From assembly GCF_000143415.4 (NCBI RefSeq), contig NW_003314296.1:186001-250000 (forward strand): DNA of 64,000 bases, written 5' to 3'. The notes under the pieces are model-generated. The model saw nothing but the letters and a program-made list of their open reading frames with translations. It did not search any database and had not been told where the DNA came from. The number at the start of each line of letters is the position of its first letter. The stretch's first letter is position 1. Position numbers and translations under genes: made by a program. This DNA is from Selaginella moellendorffii. Taxonomy: Eukaryota > Plantae > Lycopodiophyta. Of the stretch, positions 50,952 to 64,000 are shown in pieces.

Positions 50952-53900
50952 ATGGTAAGTCTTTTAGACCAAGTAGAAAATAGCATGAGGCCACATGCCA
51001 TTCAGTAGCAACATTGGCATGCACCGATTGGGCTCTCGAGTGCAGTCCGGTTACAGATGGCGTGTAGCCTCACGCCATCTTAGGATGCAGCCTCAAGACA
51101 TCTGATGCAGTGGTGAATGGCGTGTGGCCTCACGTTATTTCCAGCTGCTAGCTTTTCATCTGTCAGCTCTAATTGTTGTGCATTTTTAAACAGGCGAGGA
51201 ATTGCGTTCTTCTTCCAGCCACTGTCAATGTGGATGCAGAGAAGGGGGAGGAGCTCACCAGTTGGACTTTCGGGATGGAAGGCGAGGATCTGATGCTGTA
51301 CAACACAGATGGTGGGAGAAAAGAATGCATGGGGATCCTCATCCAAGTGACAGACACTCCATGCAGTTCCATGCAAGAATATGGACTGGCACTTGTGGTA
51401 GAGACAGCGTCCGCCTTCAAGATCCACCTTGCACATCCTAGCGGCTTCCCGGAGGGGGGCAGCGGCTATGAGGAATTCCTAGAGGGAGCTAGGGAGAGGT
51501 TGTCCAGGAGGCCCACAATTTCAAAGACGCTGCGGGTCTATGAAGATCACATGGAATCCACGGACCTCACCTACGGCGATGTTCAAAAACTATATTCCAA
51601 CATTGAGCCGTTGAGAGTGCCTCCAGTTTGCGAAGCGAAGGGGAAGGGGGTCGATCTGGAAACTACCCCGAAGCAGAAAAGGGTGGTCAAGCTCAAGCCG
51701 ACGTCCGACTCTGCTGCTCCAAAAAAGAAGCTACTCGGTGATGCCATTGCCTCGGGTTCGAACACTACACCCACCAAAAAGAAGAGCCGCAAAGAGCAGA
51801 AAGAGCAAGAAGAGGCAGCAAAAATCGTCGCAGATAATAGTACTTGTTACTATTCCAACAAAGTATATACAATCAACGTGAGCCGTATCGAGATCCAAAG
51901 CAAATACAACCACAGGCTAGTATCTGATGAGTGGGTGGAGAAACTGAAGCAGAAGATGCTGGCAAGTCCAGTAACACCCGACATCGCAGACGTGATCCCC
52001 TACTACCGAACAATGAAGGGCGAGACGAGGTTTCCAGACTTGATCAATAGGAAGGTGTTGGACGATCAGAACATCCGGTTCTATGCCGTCTCCGGGCAGC
52101 ATTCTAGCTTGGCGATGCAACAGATAGTTGTGGATATTATGGTGGGCGAGGAGGTGAAGAAAGTCTTCAAGACAAGAGTTGTCCGCCTGATAAAAGGCAA
52201 CTCGCCCCTCCGATCTATCATATACATCTCCCACGCGCAGAATGTCAAGCAAGAAACGTGCTACAAATCGGGTCTGCACGAGACATTGGCACGAACACGG
52301 AAGCTCTGGGTTCAACTGAAGAAGCCACAAAAACCAGGACAAGGACGTGCACTAGCAACTAGCGCCTGGCAGGTAAGCCTCGTTGCATGTGGCATAGCAT
52401 GTGGCCTCACGCCATTTCCATTGCAGGAATTCTCGAGTCTTCTCTCGAAAACACTGGGGGTCAATGACACACTCAGCATCCATAACATTCTACTCGCGAC
52501 AAAAGTTGTTTTTGACAAATGGGTAGATGTGCTAAGGAGGTACCATGACGGGGAAGTGCTAAAACTCAATGGGTGTGGAGNNNNNNNNNNNNNNNNNNNN
52601 NNNNNNNNNNNNNNNNNNNNNNNNNNNNNNNNNNNNNNNNNNNNNNNNNNNNNNNNNNNNNNNNNNNNNNNNNNNNNNNNNNNNNNNNNNNNNNNNNNNN
52701 NNNNNNNNNNNNNNNNNNNNNNNNNNNNNNNNNNNNNNNNNNNNNNNNNNNNNNNNNNNNNNNNNNNNNNNNNNNNNNNGGATCTTCGAGCAAGTGGCCG
52801 TGGCGAGGGTGAGCATCGACACCACGCAAGAGATGATGGAAGAGCTGGACTTGTCAAATGAAGATATCGACGAGTACGTGAAGGGGGCCCCCAAGTTCAT
52901 CGATCTGCTGCGGGATGCCACGAAAAGTAAAGCTGAGAAGTTGGATCAGTATCCAAATTTCATTAAGAGGGATGTCGACCGCCGGCTTCAGAAACAGCTC
53001 GACCCCGCAGCAGAGGCCTATCGAGAACCTTACCGGGTATACGTGAATTCAGATGAGGATCAAAGGTGGAGGAGCATCGTTTCCCGCGGAGATGAGCAGG
53101 TCAAGAACATCTTTTGTGTGATGGACTTCACAAACGAGGAGATCACTCATGCAGACGAAGTCAGCTCCATCATTGACTTAATGGTGGGACTTGCGGAGGT
53201 GGAATCTTCAGTCCACTATATGATCTACGACTCCGAATCCTATCACAAGTTCTAGAAGGCCTTGAACGAGGTGAAGGCTCGGTTGAAAGGCAAGGAGGTG
53301 CGGGAGATCCATGGGATAATGGCTAAGAAGAAGATACCGACGAATGTCCGCATCTTCACAGTCGCCCTTGTTATTGGTCCTGCAGCAGAGTGGGACTGGA
53401 GTGACTTCCCAGCTTCGTTCAACAAAGCCGATCGAATTGATCTGAGGGAGGTCAATTTACCCGTGCCTGAGGAACTGAAGACGGCTATGGAGCTTTCGAA
53501 TCCAAAGAAAGCTCCAGGTGCAGCATGGGAAATGCTCAGCTGGGTCTTCAACGCAATAGCGGGTGACTCCAAGGGCAAATGCGTTGTCGAGTACAACTGC
53601 GGCGGACTATTCTTTCGAGCCGCACTACTCAAGGGTGTCCCGTGTGTTGCGGTGACAAACTCCATTGAAGAGGTGACTTCAATGGAGCATATAATTACAG
53701 TTGCCAAAGAAAAACAGTATCTTCTCTACGAACCTGGTGAGTACGCACTTTAAGTTTAAATGTTATCTCACAAGCTCTGTATGCAGGAGCGTGGCCACCC
53801 CCAGATGCTGAAACGGCGTTAACAGCTACTGATGTTAGGCCGAGGTCACAACCTGCACAAGGTAAGGTCACATGAGGCCTCACGCCATTTTGATTATAGA

Positions 53901-56558
53901 TCGTTGTGAATATTCAGACACGAGGACTGAAAAGCGCACTGGTGGCGCGTCGAAGAAGGACAAACAGACAAGCAATAGGAAAAAAGGAGGTACAAATTAT
54001 ATTTGCAATGGCGTGTGGTCTCATGCCATTCCTTGCAGGAGACACTTCTTCAAAGGCAAAACAGGCAAGCACCAGCCAAGCTCAAACTGACAGTGGTCAT
54101 AAAAAGCGAAAGCACGTTGGACAGTCATCGGGATCAGAGGCGTTTGATTCGAAAAGGAAGAAGGGCAACGAAAAGATGATAGGTAATGCCTCGCGGTTAT
54201 GGCGTGTGTGCTCATGCCATTCATTGCAGATCAAGGGCTGAGTGAAAGGAGCCAGTCACCACCTTCTGACTCAGATTCCTATGGCGGACTCCCCTTCCCC
54301 AATCTCAATGGAGAGGTACAATGGATGAGGGATGCTTTTCAAGTCAGGGCCACGTTTTTCTCATCTCGTCGTCTTCGAAGGGTGCAAGAACGTGCAGAAA
54401 CCATGTTAAGACAGTCGGGTGAGGATACGGTCCTAGGTCACGCACTAAAACAGGCTATGGATGTCTTGTATTTTGAGATGGAGACTCGGCCAGATGATTT
54501 TTCCAAGATGGTCCTGGAAAAACAAGCAATCCAGCCTGAGCAGCCTATGGAAGAAATGCAAGAGGGGGATGAGGAGCCAGAGAAAGATAATGAGCAGGAA
54601 GAGCAGAAGGACGAAGAGGAGGACAAAGAAGAGGAGGACGAAGAAGAGGAGGACGAAGAAGAGGAGGACGAAGAGGACTTGGATGGTCCTCACAATGGTG
54701 ACGATCACAATAACGACGATGACGATGATGACGATGATGGCCAGCCTGAGGTGGCCAAAGAGCAGCGGAGGAAGGTCATACAAGACAAACCATCAGGTAA
54801 ATAATAGTACATCCATTCCTAACCTTTTACCATTTCTAACATTGTCCATGTAGGTCGCAGAAGAAATGGTAAGTAGAGATTATTCAGTTGAATTAAGATA
54901 CAAACTCTAGCCTTTAGTGTCGAGGAAGGATAGTGCCAAGCAAGGGTCGAAACGTATGTCCAATCCTTCAGAATCAGTAGTGCGCCCAAGTGATATCGGT
55001 CTTAGTTCCTCAATAGCAGTTGATGGTAAATACAGTATAGTCGATTCAATGTGCTAATGAGTTTGTTTTTAGTAGCACGGGAGGATACCATCTCAATCGA
55101 AGGGAGATATTTGGACATGCATATAGATCCGCCAGTGGACTCTACTTGCCTGCAAGAGTCATCAGAGCTGGTGGAGGCTACTATCCATATCAACGCCAAG
55201 CAAGCTGACCACGCTCCACTTGATGCTGCCCATACCACTGAGTCAATCTTATCCACGTATCCAACTGACGGTGACCAGGCGCCATTGGACCCGCATGAGG
55301 CCGCCCCAGCCGCCGAGCCGGTCGTATCCTCATTTCCAACGTGTGCCCAATCGTCTGACTACGCGCCGTTGGAACCTCCCTACACCGCCCCTGCTGCCTG
55401 TTCGGTCATGTCCACTTTGCCAACGGAGGCACCAGCTGAAATGGCGTGTGATCACACGCCATCGGAACCACCCCATGCCACTGTTGAGCTAGTTGTACCA
55501 GAGTCTACAGCTGAAATGGCATGTGCCCACACGCCATCGGATGCGATTGACCCCACATTGCAGAGGAGAGTATTTCCGCCCTTCACGTTTCCTCGACCAA
55601 AACCCTCTGAACGACCATCGGGAGCACCATTCGCTAATATTGTAGATGGTAAAATTGACTTGTACCATTTTTTATGCTAACGCATTTCATTTCAGAGTCA
55701 CGGCGAAAGTACTGTATCGTTTTTGATCTGAACGGTGTCCTTTTCTCCCATGAGCGTGGCTCGTCCTCGAATGTCACTGCACCCTCCAAAGCCTGCGGTC
55801 GCAAGTTGGTCAAAAGAGACAGATTCACATTAATCACACGGGAGAAACTGCGGGATCTAATAATGACCATGCGACACTTAAAACAGAGGGCCGGGTTCAA
55901 TTTGCAATTGGGAGTTTGGACATCCATGATGCGCCACAATGCATTAATGTTGCTACAGATGATGCACGATCAGACGCGAGTAATATTACCATTTGACTTT
56001 CTCCTAACGCAGGAGGATTGCTTGACTATGGTCCATGTGAGGGGTAGCAAGCCCATCTTCGTCAAGGCAGAGGCTGTAGTGATGAACCGGACTGCTAGGT
56101 CAAGTGAAATCCTCATCATCGATGACTCGCCGATTAAAACTGCAGCGAACACGCACACATATACAGTGCACCCCATCTCTTGCAGTATGGAAACTAGGGA
56201 GAAGAAACCGTATGTTCTGGGGGACCTTGCAAAACGGCTTGAAGCGATGGTGATAGAGAACCGGCCAGTCCAGGAGGTGGCTGCAGAAATCAACCAAATG
56301 GCAGATGGAACGGTATATCAGAAGCCATTTGATCGGACAGACACCAGTCATCATTTATGGCATGTATATTGTCTAGCCAAGCACTATCCGCATCTCCATA
56401 ATCTGCTCAACCGGATGGGTTCTTCGACCACTGAACATGAGCGTGGACGTATTAGAGAAGAGATGGCATTACTATTGGGTTTAAATCCTGATAGTGTGGA
56501 GAGTGATGAAATTCCAAGATTATTGTATAGGCGTTGGAGGCAAAAAATAACAGTCTGA
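50952..56558 (+). CDS. Accessory gene of element F: ParB-like + amino-MTase-like + acidic/Pro-rich linker + HAD/FCP1-like domain (one in-frame TAG; spans an N gap)
   Basis: Phase-consistent exon chain: 50952-54 (ATG), 51194-52372, 52427-53736, 53787-53861, 53918-53989, 54039-54182, 54230-54796, 54854-54868, 54918-55025, 55073-55648, 55696-56558. Motifs: NHR..SDEWVEKLK / FYAVSGQHSSLA; CVVEYNCGGLFFRAALLKGVPCVAV; IVFDLNGVL / VWTS / IIDDSPIK. TAG at 53253-55; the frame across the gap cannot be verified. Confidence 0.65.
52581..52779. other. Assembly gap (199 N)
   Basis: Run of n. Confidence 1.
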
Positions 56559-58549
56559 GATGGCATGTATTTATTTAAAAATGTAACTTATTATGGCATG
56601 GGGTTCCATGCCATTGTATTAATATTAAAAGACAATTCTTTGAGAGGATTTGCATTATACTAGAAGTGTTACAGCATGTTATTGGAAGTCTACGAAGTTG
56701 TTTTATTAATAAGGGGAAAGTAAAGATTGAATGGGGACTTGGGCTCCACCTAGACTCGGAGCAACTGAGCCAATATTAAAAGGATGGAAAGAAATTGAAC
56801 GACGATGACAAGGAGAAGAGAGAGGTGAAGCAGTGAGAAGTGATTGAGTAGACATTTCCTTGTTTAAAATAAAATGGCATGTGCCTCAATGCAGTTGAAT
56901 TTTGTTATATTTATATACTATATAAAGGTTTGGAAACCTTATTTTACAAGTGGGATAATGACAATTCCCACTTTAACGAAATAGAGCTTAGTTACACTTA
57001 AACTATTGTATCACTACAATGTTGTCTTTTGGAGACATGTGGGAAACTCACACAAATGCCAAGTATCATCCCAAGAGTGATAGGTAGTAATCACCATAAA
57101 ATGATCAAGCCAATAGTACACATCATCCTTAGGATTCTGATAGAAGAACTCTAGTCGAACATGAGAATTGGCAGTAAAAGTAGGAGGAGTTGTACCATGC
57201 ACCATAAATGCCATTATTAATTGAGTTTGATTGTTTAACTACAACCATAAAGCATTAAGCAATTGCACCAACTACTACTTCAAAGTTAAAGCTATTGCTC
57301 TACCATAAAGATGAACAAAAAGAGAAAGAGAAGAAACTAAAAAAGCTATAAAGAAAGTGAGAGTTTTTATTATATAAAAGCTAGATTTAGCCAAAAAACC
57401 CTAGCTTTATATATGAGTGAGTGGTATAGATTGAAACTAATCTAACAGTTATTAAAATCCCACTACACTAGTATTAGTATATGGCATTCTAGACATACAC
57501 TTGAATTTCACAAATATAAATTTTATATTAATACATAAATTACTTTTATAGAGGCTTTCTCAATAATAATGAATTGGGTTACACTAATGTTTTTTTGGTG
57601 TTTTAATCATAGTTAGAAATTTATATACTTATTTATTTAAATAATATAATGACATATGCAAAGATGATATAAATTATTATTAATTAAAAAAAATTATATA
57701 TTGATTAAATTTAAGAATATAAGAAAATACAATTTTTAGGTTTATTTAACAAATTCTATGATGCAATTTACAGTATGAAGCTTAGGTAGCAATGTGATAA
57801 TAACTATCTCAAGGATTACAAGCAATCTTCGGTGAAAAAGGGATTATTAATCATGTTGATGGAGCCTTGAGAAGCTTAAGTAGCAAGAGTATAACTCTTA
57901 GCATTCCTAATGGCAACTGTATACATACTATCAATAATTGTAGAAGTTGTTCATAACCATCTTGAGTCTTGACCATACTGCTATAGGACTTGCTGTTATA
58001 GGTATGCTAGCCATTGCTCAAGATGGAGAGTTAAACACCTCAATTGAATGTTTATGAGCTTTGTAGTGAGAGAAAAATACGAGGGGATGGATGGTATAAC
58101 ATTTAGCAAGCATAAGACTTTTAGCTTCTTGAATATCTTGTCTTGTATCTACTACTATTGCTAGATGAGTTTTTGATATTGCACTAAAGTTTTATCTAGA
58201 GTTTGAAAAGTAACTTATCCTTTATTTTTAAAGCTTCCACTCAATTCATAAGTTGGTTAAGTGATGTTGGGAGTAGTTATGAGAGAATCCCTAACTATAG
58301 TCATGCTAAGTTCTACTAATATATCTTGTTCAACCCACTCAATATGCTTGTAAATGATTAAATTTTCCATTATACTTTAATCACTTAATCATGCTTTTGA
58401 CCATTTGAAAGAATCCCATTCATAACCTCTATAAATCTTTATTTTGACTTGGGGAACTTGCTAGGTTCTAGAGGTGATCTCAAACCCACACTAATAGAGC
58501 ATTTTGTTCAAGTGTTCCATATGTTCAATTTCACTTTAGACACCTAAAG

Positions 58550-59579
58550 TGTAACATATGTGGTTTTCATGATTTACCATAAGATTACCATAGAGTGGAA
58601 TTATAACCTTTGGACACATGAGCCAATGGTAGTGGAGCGAAACCCAAGTTTCAAAGCTTTAGGCCACTAAACAAAGGGATGAACTAAACTCTTAAATATG
58701 TAGCCAAAAAGTGAAATACAGGAGAGTATTAAATGACTCCTAAGTGTACAATCTAAGGAGTGAAGAAACAAGAGCATGAAGTAACATTGGAATAGTCATA
58801 GAGCATTTAACATTCTAATATTAAAACCAACACTTAAAATGGAGCCAAACAAAGCTAGATTTTGGCACTATTTCACCATATTGATGGCCTAATGCAAGGA
58901 TATAAATACTCCACTAGCTAATATAGTATAGAGTTTGGGTTTAAACGCAAGGCAGACATAAAATACACAACTAAAACTAAGTTATACCTTAAGTTGGTTG
59001 GCTATGCCTACCCATTATCCCTACTATACATTTGGAACCCCCCTGAGGAACACACACTTTAAGCTTTCACCCTAATCCCACAAGTTAGTTTTTGAGATAA
59101 TCATGAAAACTTATTAAATATAAAATGGTGCTAAATTGCAGATGCCAGAACAACACTATTCTATTCAAGACAATCTTTATATTCTATAAATATGTTTAAC
59201 TAGTAAATTTAGACACTTTCTATAAATAACCAAAGGGACCAAATGGAACTAATATATTTGACAAATATGATAAGTTATTATATAGTGATTTGAGGGATTG
59301 GTTTCAATATGCAAAGGTTCTTAACAAGCCAATACAAAACAAAGCAAAAGAGAATTAAAAGCTAAGCTAAGTATACTCAATAAGAAACACATAAGAGTTC
59401 CTACTTTATATTTATCTAGTTAAGTATAGATGCTAAGCATAATTTACTAACACATAAACAAGAAAGACTGAAAAGGGAAGTAACAATACTAATTTTCTAT
59501 CGTCATGGTAGTAAAGAAAGAATATTCAAAAAGATTTGCCAATATGTAACTTTTAATACCCACAATCACATTCATAACA
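58550..59579 (-). mobile_element. Old solo LTR of the D family
   Basis: The reverse complement begins TGTTATGAATGTGATTGTGGGTATTAAAAGTTAC (compare the D LTR start), ends ...CCACATATGTTACA, and retains a degenerate GGGTGAAAGC motif. Confidence 0.7.
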
Positions 59580-61231
59580 CAAAAGTACTATCAAAATGCC
59601 AACCTTTAACACTAAAGCCATAGTCATTCTTACTATCTTATTGGTAGTCAATGACCACTTATACAAAAGTCCTACCTCTTCAAAATTAAACTATCCATCT
59701 TTGAATGATTATTTTATTACCACACTTTAATATCTTTAGAATGCCCTAAAACATAAAGAACACCATCCCTTAATATTCTTCTTTTTTATACATATAAAAT
59801 CTTTCTTTGTCCATAGCAATGCTCACCAATACCATTACTGAATTAGAGCTTGAAGCCCATCCACTAAATCTCACTAACCTTCCTTAAATACTAAGCCTTT
59901 TTTTTTATATGGTTAAGAACTTTGGGATAACATTTTGAAACATTATGACCCAAAAACTTTGTGGGTACTCCCCCCACCTTCCACGACTAAGATGCCCCAT
60001 CCATATGAGGTGGAGCTAAAGAGGCTAATATTTGAGAAATGATTACTGCTTGATTCATTGAATGAGTCTTATGATCCTTTATAGAACTACATACCCAACT
60101 AAGTATAGGAAAGTGGACTTTGGATTGCAATCATATCTAAATGGGCATGAAGAAAACCTTTAAACAGTCTCAGTTACCCTTGCATGCCACAATTTTCAAA
60201 CTTGAATACCAAATCATCACATAGATCTAGCATTCAAGTCATCATGGGCAAAATCAATGGATTGTAAAAATCATTAAACCTGTAAATGTTTCAGCTCTTT
60301 GAAAAAATATTAAATTATATGCCTCAAGCAAACTAAAAAGGTCAAAAGTTCTAAACCAATAAATTTAGAATTCATGCAAAAAAAAAAGTAAAAGGCTGAT
60401 CAAACAATCATTTGAATAGAAATGATAAATACAAAATGTTCCTAATACTGAACTTGAAATTGTCATGGATCCTTTTAAAGTCAATGCCTCAGCTGAAAAG
60501 TGAGAATGGTTGCTTGCATTACCTCATAATGAATTTTCCCTAAGAATGGGGTCCTTCCCTATCAGTGACATGGCATTGGAATTTGGTGGAAGGGGGGTCC
60601 CCCCAAAATAAATTATCCCAATGCATTAATAACATCATTACTTATAAAAGACAAGAAAAATCTAGCTGTAGAGAGATTCTTGGATATTTTTAGAGATTAT
60701 TTCAAACCTGAAAATCCCCCCTCCCAAAAAAAACTTCCCCCTCTATGTCATTAATAATTTTGCCAACTGAAGCCCAACAGTCCTCTTACCTGACTAAGTG
60801 CTTGAAGAACTGTGCTATCTCTTTCTTGAACACTCCCGCCCAGGAAAACGTTCCGCTTTTGCCTGATCTCTCTTCCCACTGTCACGCACATGCTACAGCC
60901 TCACTTGATCATGATTGGCCACTTCCATCACATCACGCCATTTATTACAGTGCTTTGCTATTTGCGTTTCCCTTTTTCTTTTCCCTTAGAAAAACGATAA
61001 ACCTAAACCTTAGTCAATCTGACAGCGAGTTTCTAGCTAGAAGATCATCAAATTGACTTGCAAAAAGATCAGCGGGGGAACTGGGCAATCCACGAAACAT
61101 TGAAAGCCTCAAACCCACAATTTGCAGTAAGATTTGAAGGTTTGACGCTGGACTGGCAGCTGAGGATAATGGATATATTTCGACTGAATATAGAGAGGCG
61201 CTGAGGAACGAGAAAAGATCGATACAATACG

Positions 61232-63099
<1,868 letters not shown>

Positions 63100-64000
63100 T
63101 CAGCCATTAGGCCATATAAATGTATGAATATTGGTTTGTTTTTGTTTCTTATGAATTTTTTTAAAGAATAAAGCACTAATAAATAATAAATAATATATTC
63201 ATTAACTGAGTGCATTGTATTCAATTATCCAATTAAATATATCAATTAAATTAAACTAGTAAATATTTATCTCTAAAATTCTAATTTTCAAATATATATG
63301 GTGATAATATATGAAAATGTCATCTTAATTATAAAAATTTAGTAATATAAAAAAATTAGATATGTACTATACGAAATTACATTTTTTATGCAAGTGTTTA
63401 TTTGGCACCCATCAAATATTGTTGTTAAGTTTAATTCAAGAAATGTTTTAAATATTTTGCAATTTATATTTATCAATAGATACACGGTATAGTTTAGTAA
63501 TAATGAATTGGGTTACACTAGTTTTTCTTTTTTTAAGAATAATCTACATAATATTTACATATTTTATCATATTTTTAATTTATTTTTTCTAAATATGATT
63601 AAAACACCTATCTTGATTAAGAATGAAGTTTTAAAATTAAGAATATATATTCACTTGATTGTTCAACTTTTTGTTAATTGTAATTACTTCTTGGACTAAC
63701 TTAGAATCAATTTTGCTTAAAGCTTACATTTAAATTAGGCTATTTAAATTCTAACTATATATATGACAGTATTATGTGTAAACTTGTGGCAATGAATGCA
63801 TAGAGCTTATGTGTCCCAACTTGGTACAATAGGTCTATGTGCTCAAGGTGATCCACTATATTCAACAACAGCTACTAAGTTGATTTGCATTATGGATCTG
63901 AAAGTTATTAACTATGGGGCTGATTCATTAATAGATAAAATTTGTCAGGAGTTTCCTTGTGGCCAATGTAAGAAGTACTCGATGGATGATCCCTTAGCAA

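Larger units (their letters stand above)
43978..56894. repeat. Dispersed 22-bp palindrome ATGGCRTG-N6-CAYGCCAT, ~26 copies including partial ones
   Basis: Starts at 43978, 44294, 44383, 44790(p), 46206, 46263, 48109, 48179, 48277, 48889(p), 48964, 49828, 49907, 50066, 50201, 50980, 51057, 51117, 52394, 53867, 54008, 54199, 55441, 55516, 56593, 56873(p). All lie between the TIRs. Confidence 0.93.
43752..56989. mobile_element. 13.2-kb TIR DNA transposon F (Sola-like), largely intact
   Basis: Perfect 24-bp TIRs AAGCTCTATTTCGTTAAAGTGGGA (43752-43775; 56966-56989), 4-bp TSD AGTT, and divergent transposase and accessory genes. The Sola assignment rests on TSD length and remembered motifs. Confidence 0.88.
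13200..57512 (-). mobile_element. Ancient Ty3/gypsy LTR retrotransposon hosting all nested insertions (left end approximate)
   Basis: Matching LTR starts ...TTGAAT(C/T)TCACA at 13453 and 57512, with a PPT next to 13453. Decayed gag (57214-57014), RT/RNaseH (LKQHHPIAYISHTL ~20450-20510; KECLV...EKLHAYLHG ~18690-18750), integrase (Zn-finger ~18040-18200; NYLTF*VEV; GIHHTFISAYH; YKLLYGHDLILP) and a GPY motif (~13680), in gypsy order. Confidence 0.7.

Noticed and set aside
52312-52921. ORFs containing long X runs
   Set aside because: They are artefacts of the 199-N gap.
53253-53255. Programmed stop-codon readthrough in the accessory gene
   Set aside because: It is more simply a point mutation (for example CAG to TAG) or a sequence error in this copy. 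Other copies are needed to judge.
43978-56894. CRISPR-like array interpretation of the palindromes
   Set aside because: Spacing is irregular (tens of bp to kb), copies lie within introns and exons, there are no cas genes, and the context is eukaryotic.

Overview
Land-plant nuclear DNA, probably a lycophyte such as Selaginella (inferred from the 50-90 nt GT-AG introns, tight gene packing and plant-only genes). It has three zones. (1) 1-12 kb is gene-dense: a PPR relic, a PUT/LAT polyamine transporter, a CLE peptide gene, a stand-alone intron-containing RibB that resembles the archaeal type, IRE1 and PDV2. (2) ~13.2-57.5 kb is one ancient minus-strand Ty3/gypsy element inflated to ~44 kb by nested insertions: several LTR elements, a MULE-like element, and a 13.2-kb TIR element with a 4-bp TSD. 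(3) 61.2-63.1 kb is a frameshifted CYP85-clan P450. The best candidate for an undescribed system is the TIR element at 43752-56989. It carries an intact Sola-like transposase, a divergent multi-exon gene reading as ParB-like + DNA amino-methyltransferase-like + HAD/FCP1-like, and about 26 copies (including partial ones) of a 22-bp palindrome (consensus ATGGCRTG-N6-CAYGCCAT), several inside that gene's tiny introns. This suggests a parS/ParB-like self-recognition module. An unrelated MULE-like element nearby independently carries a decayed beta-class DNA methyltransferase gene. All domain calls are by eye from remembered motifs and need HMM or structure confirmation.
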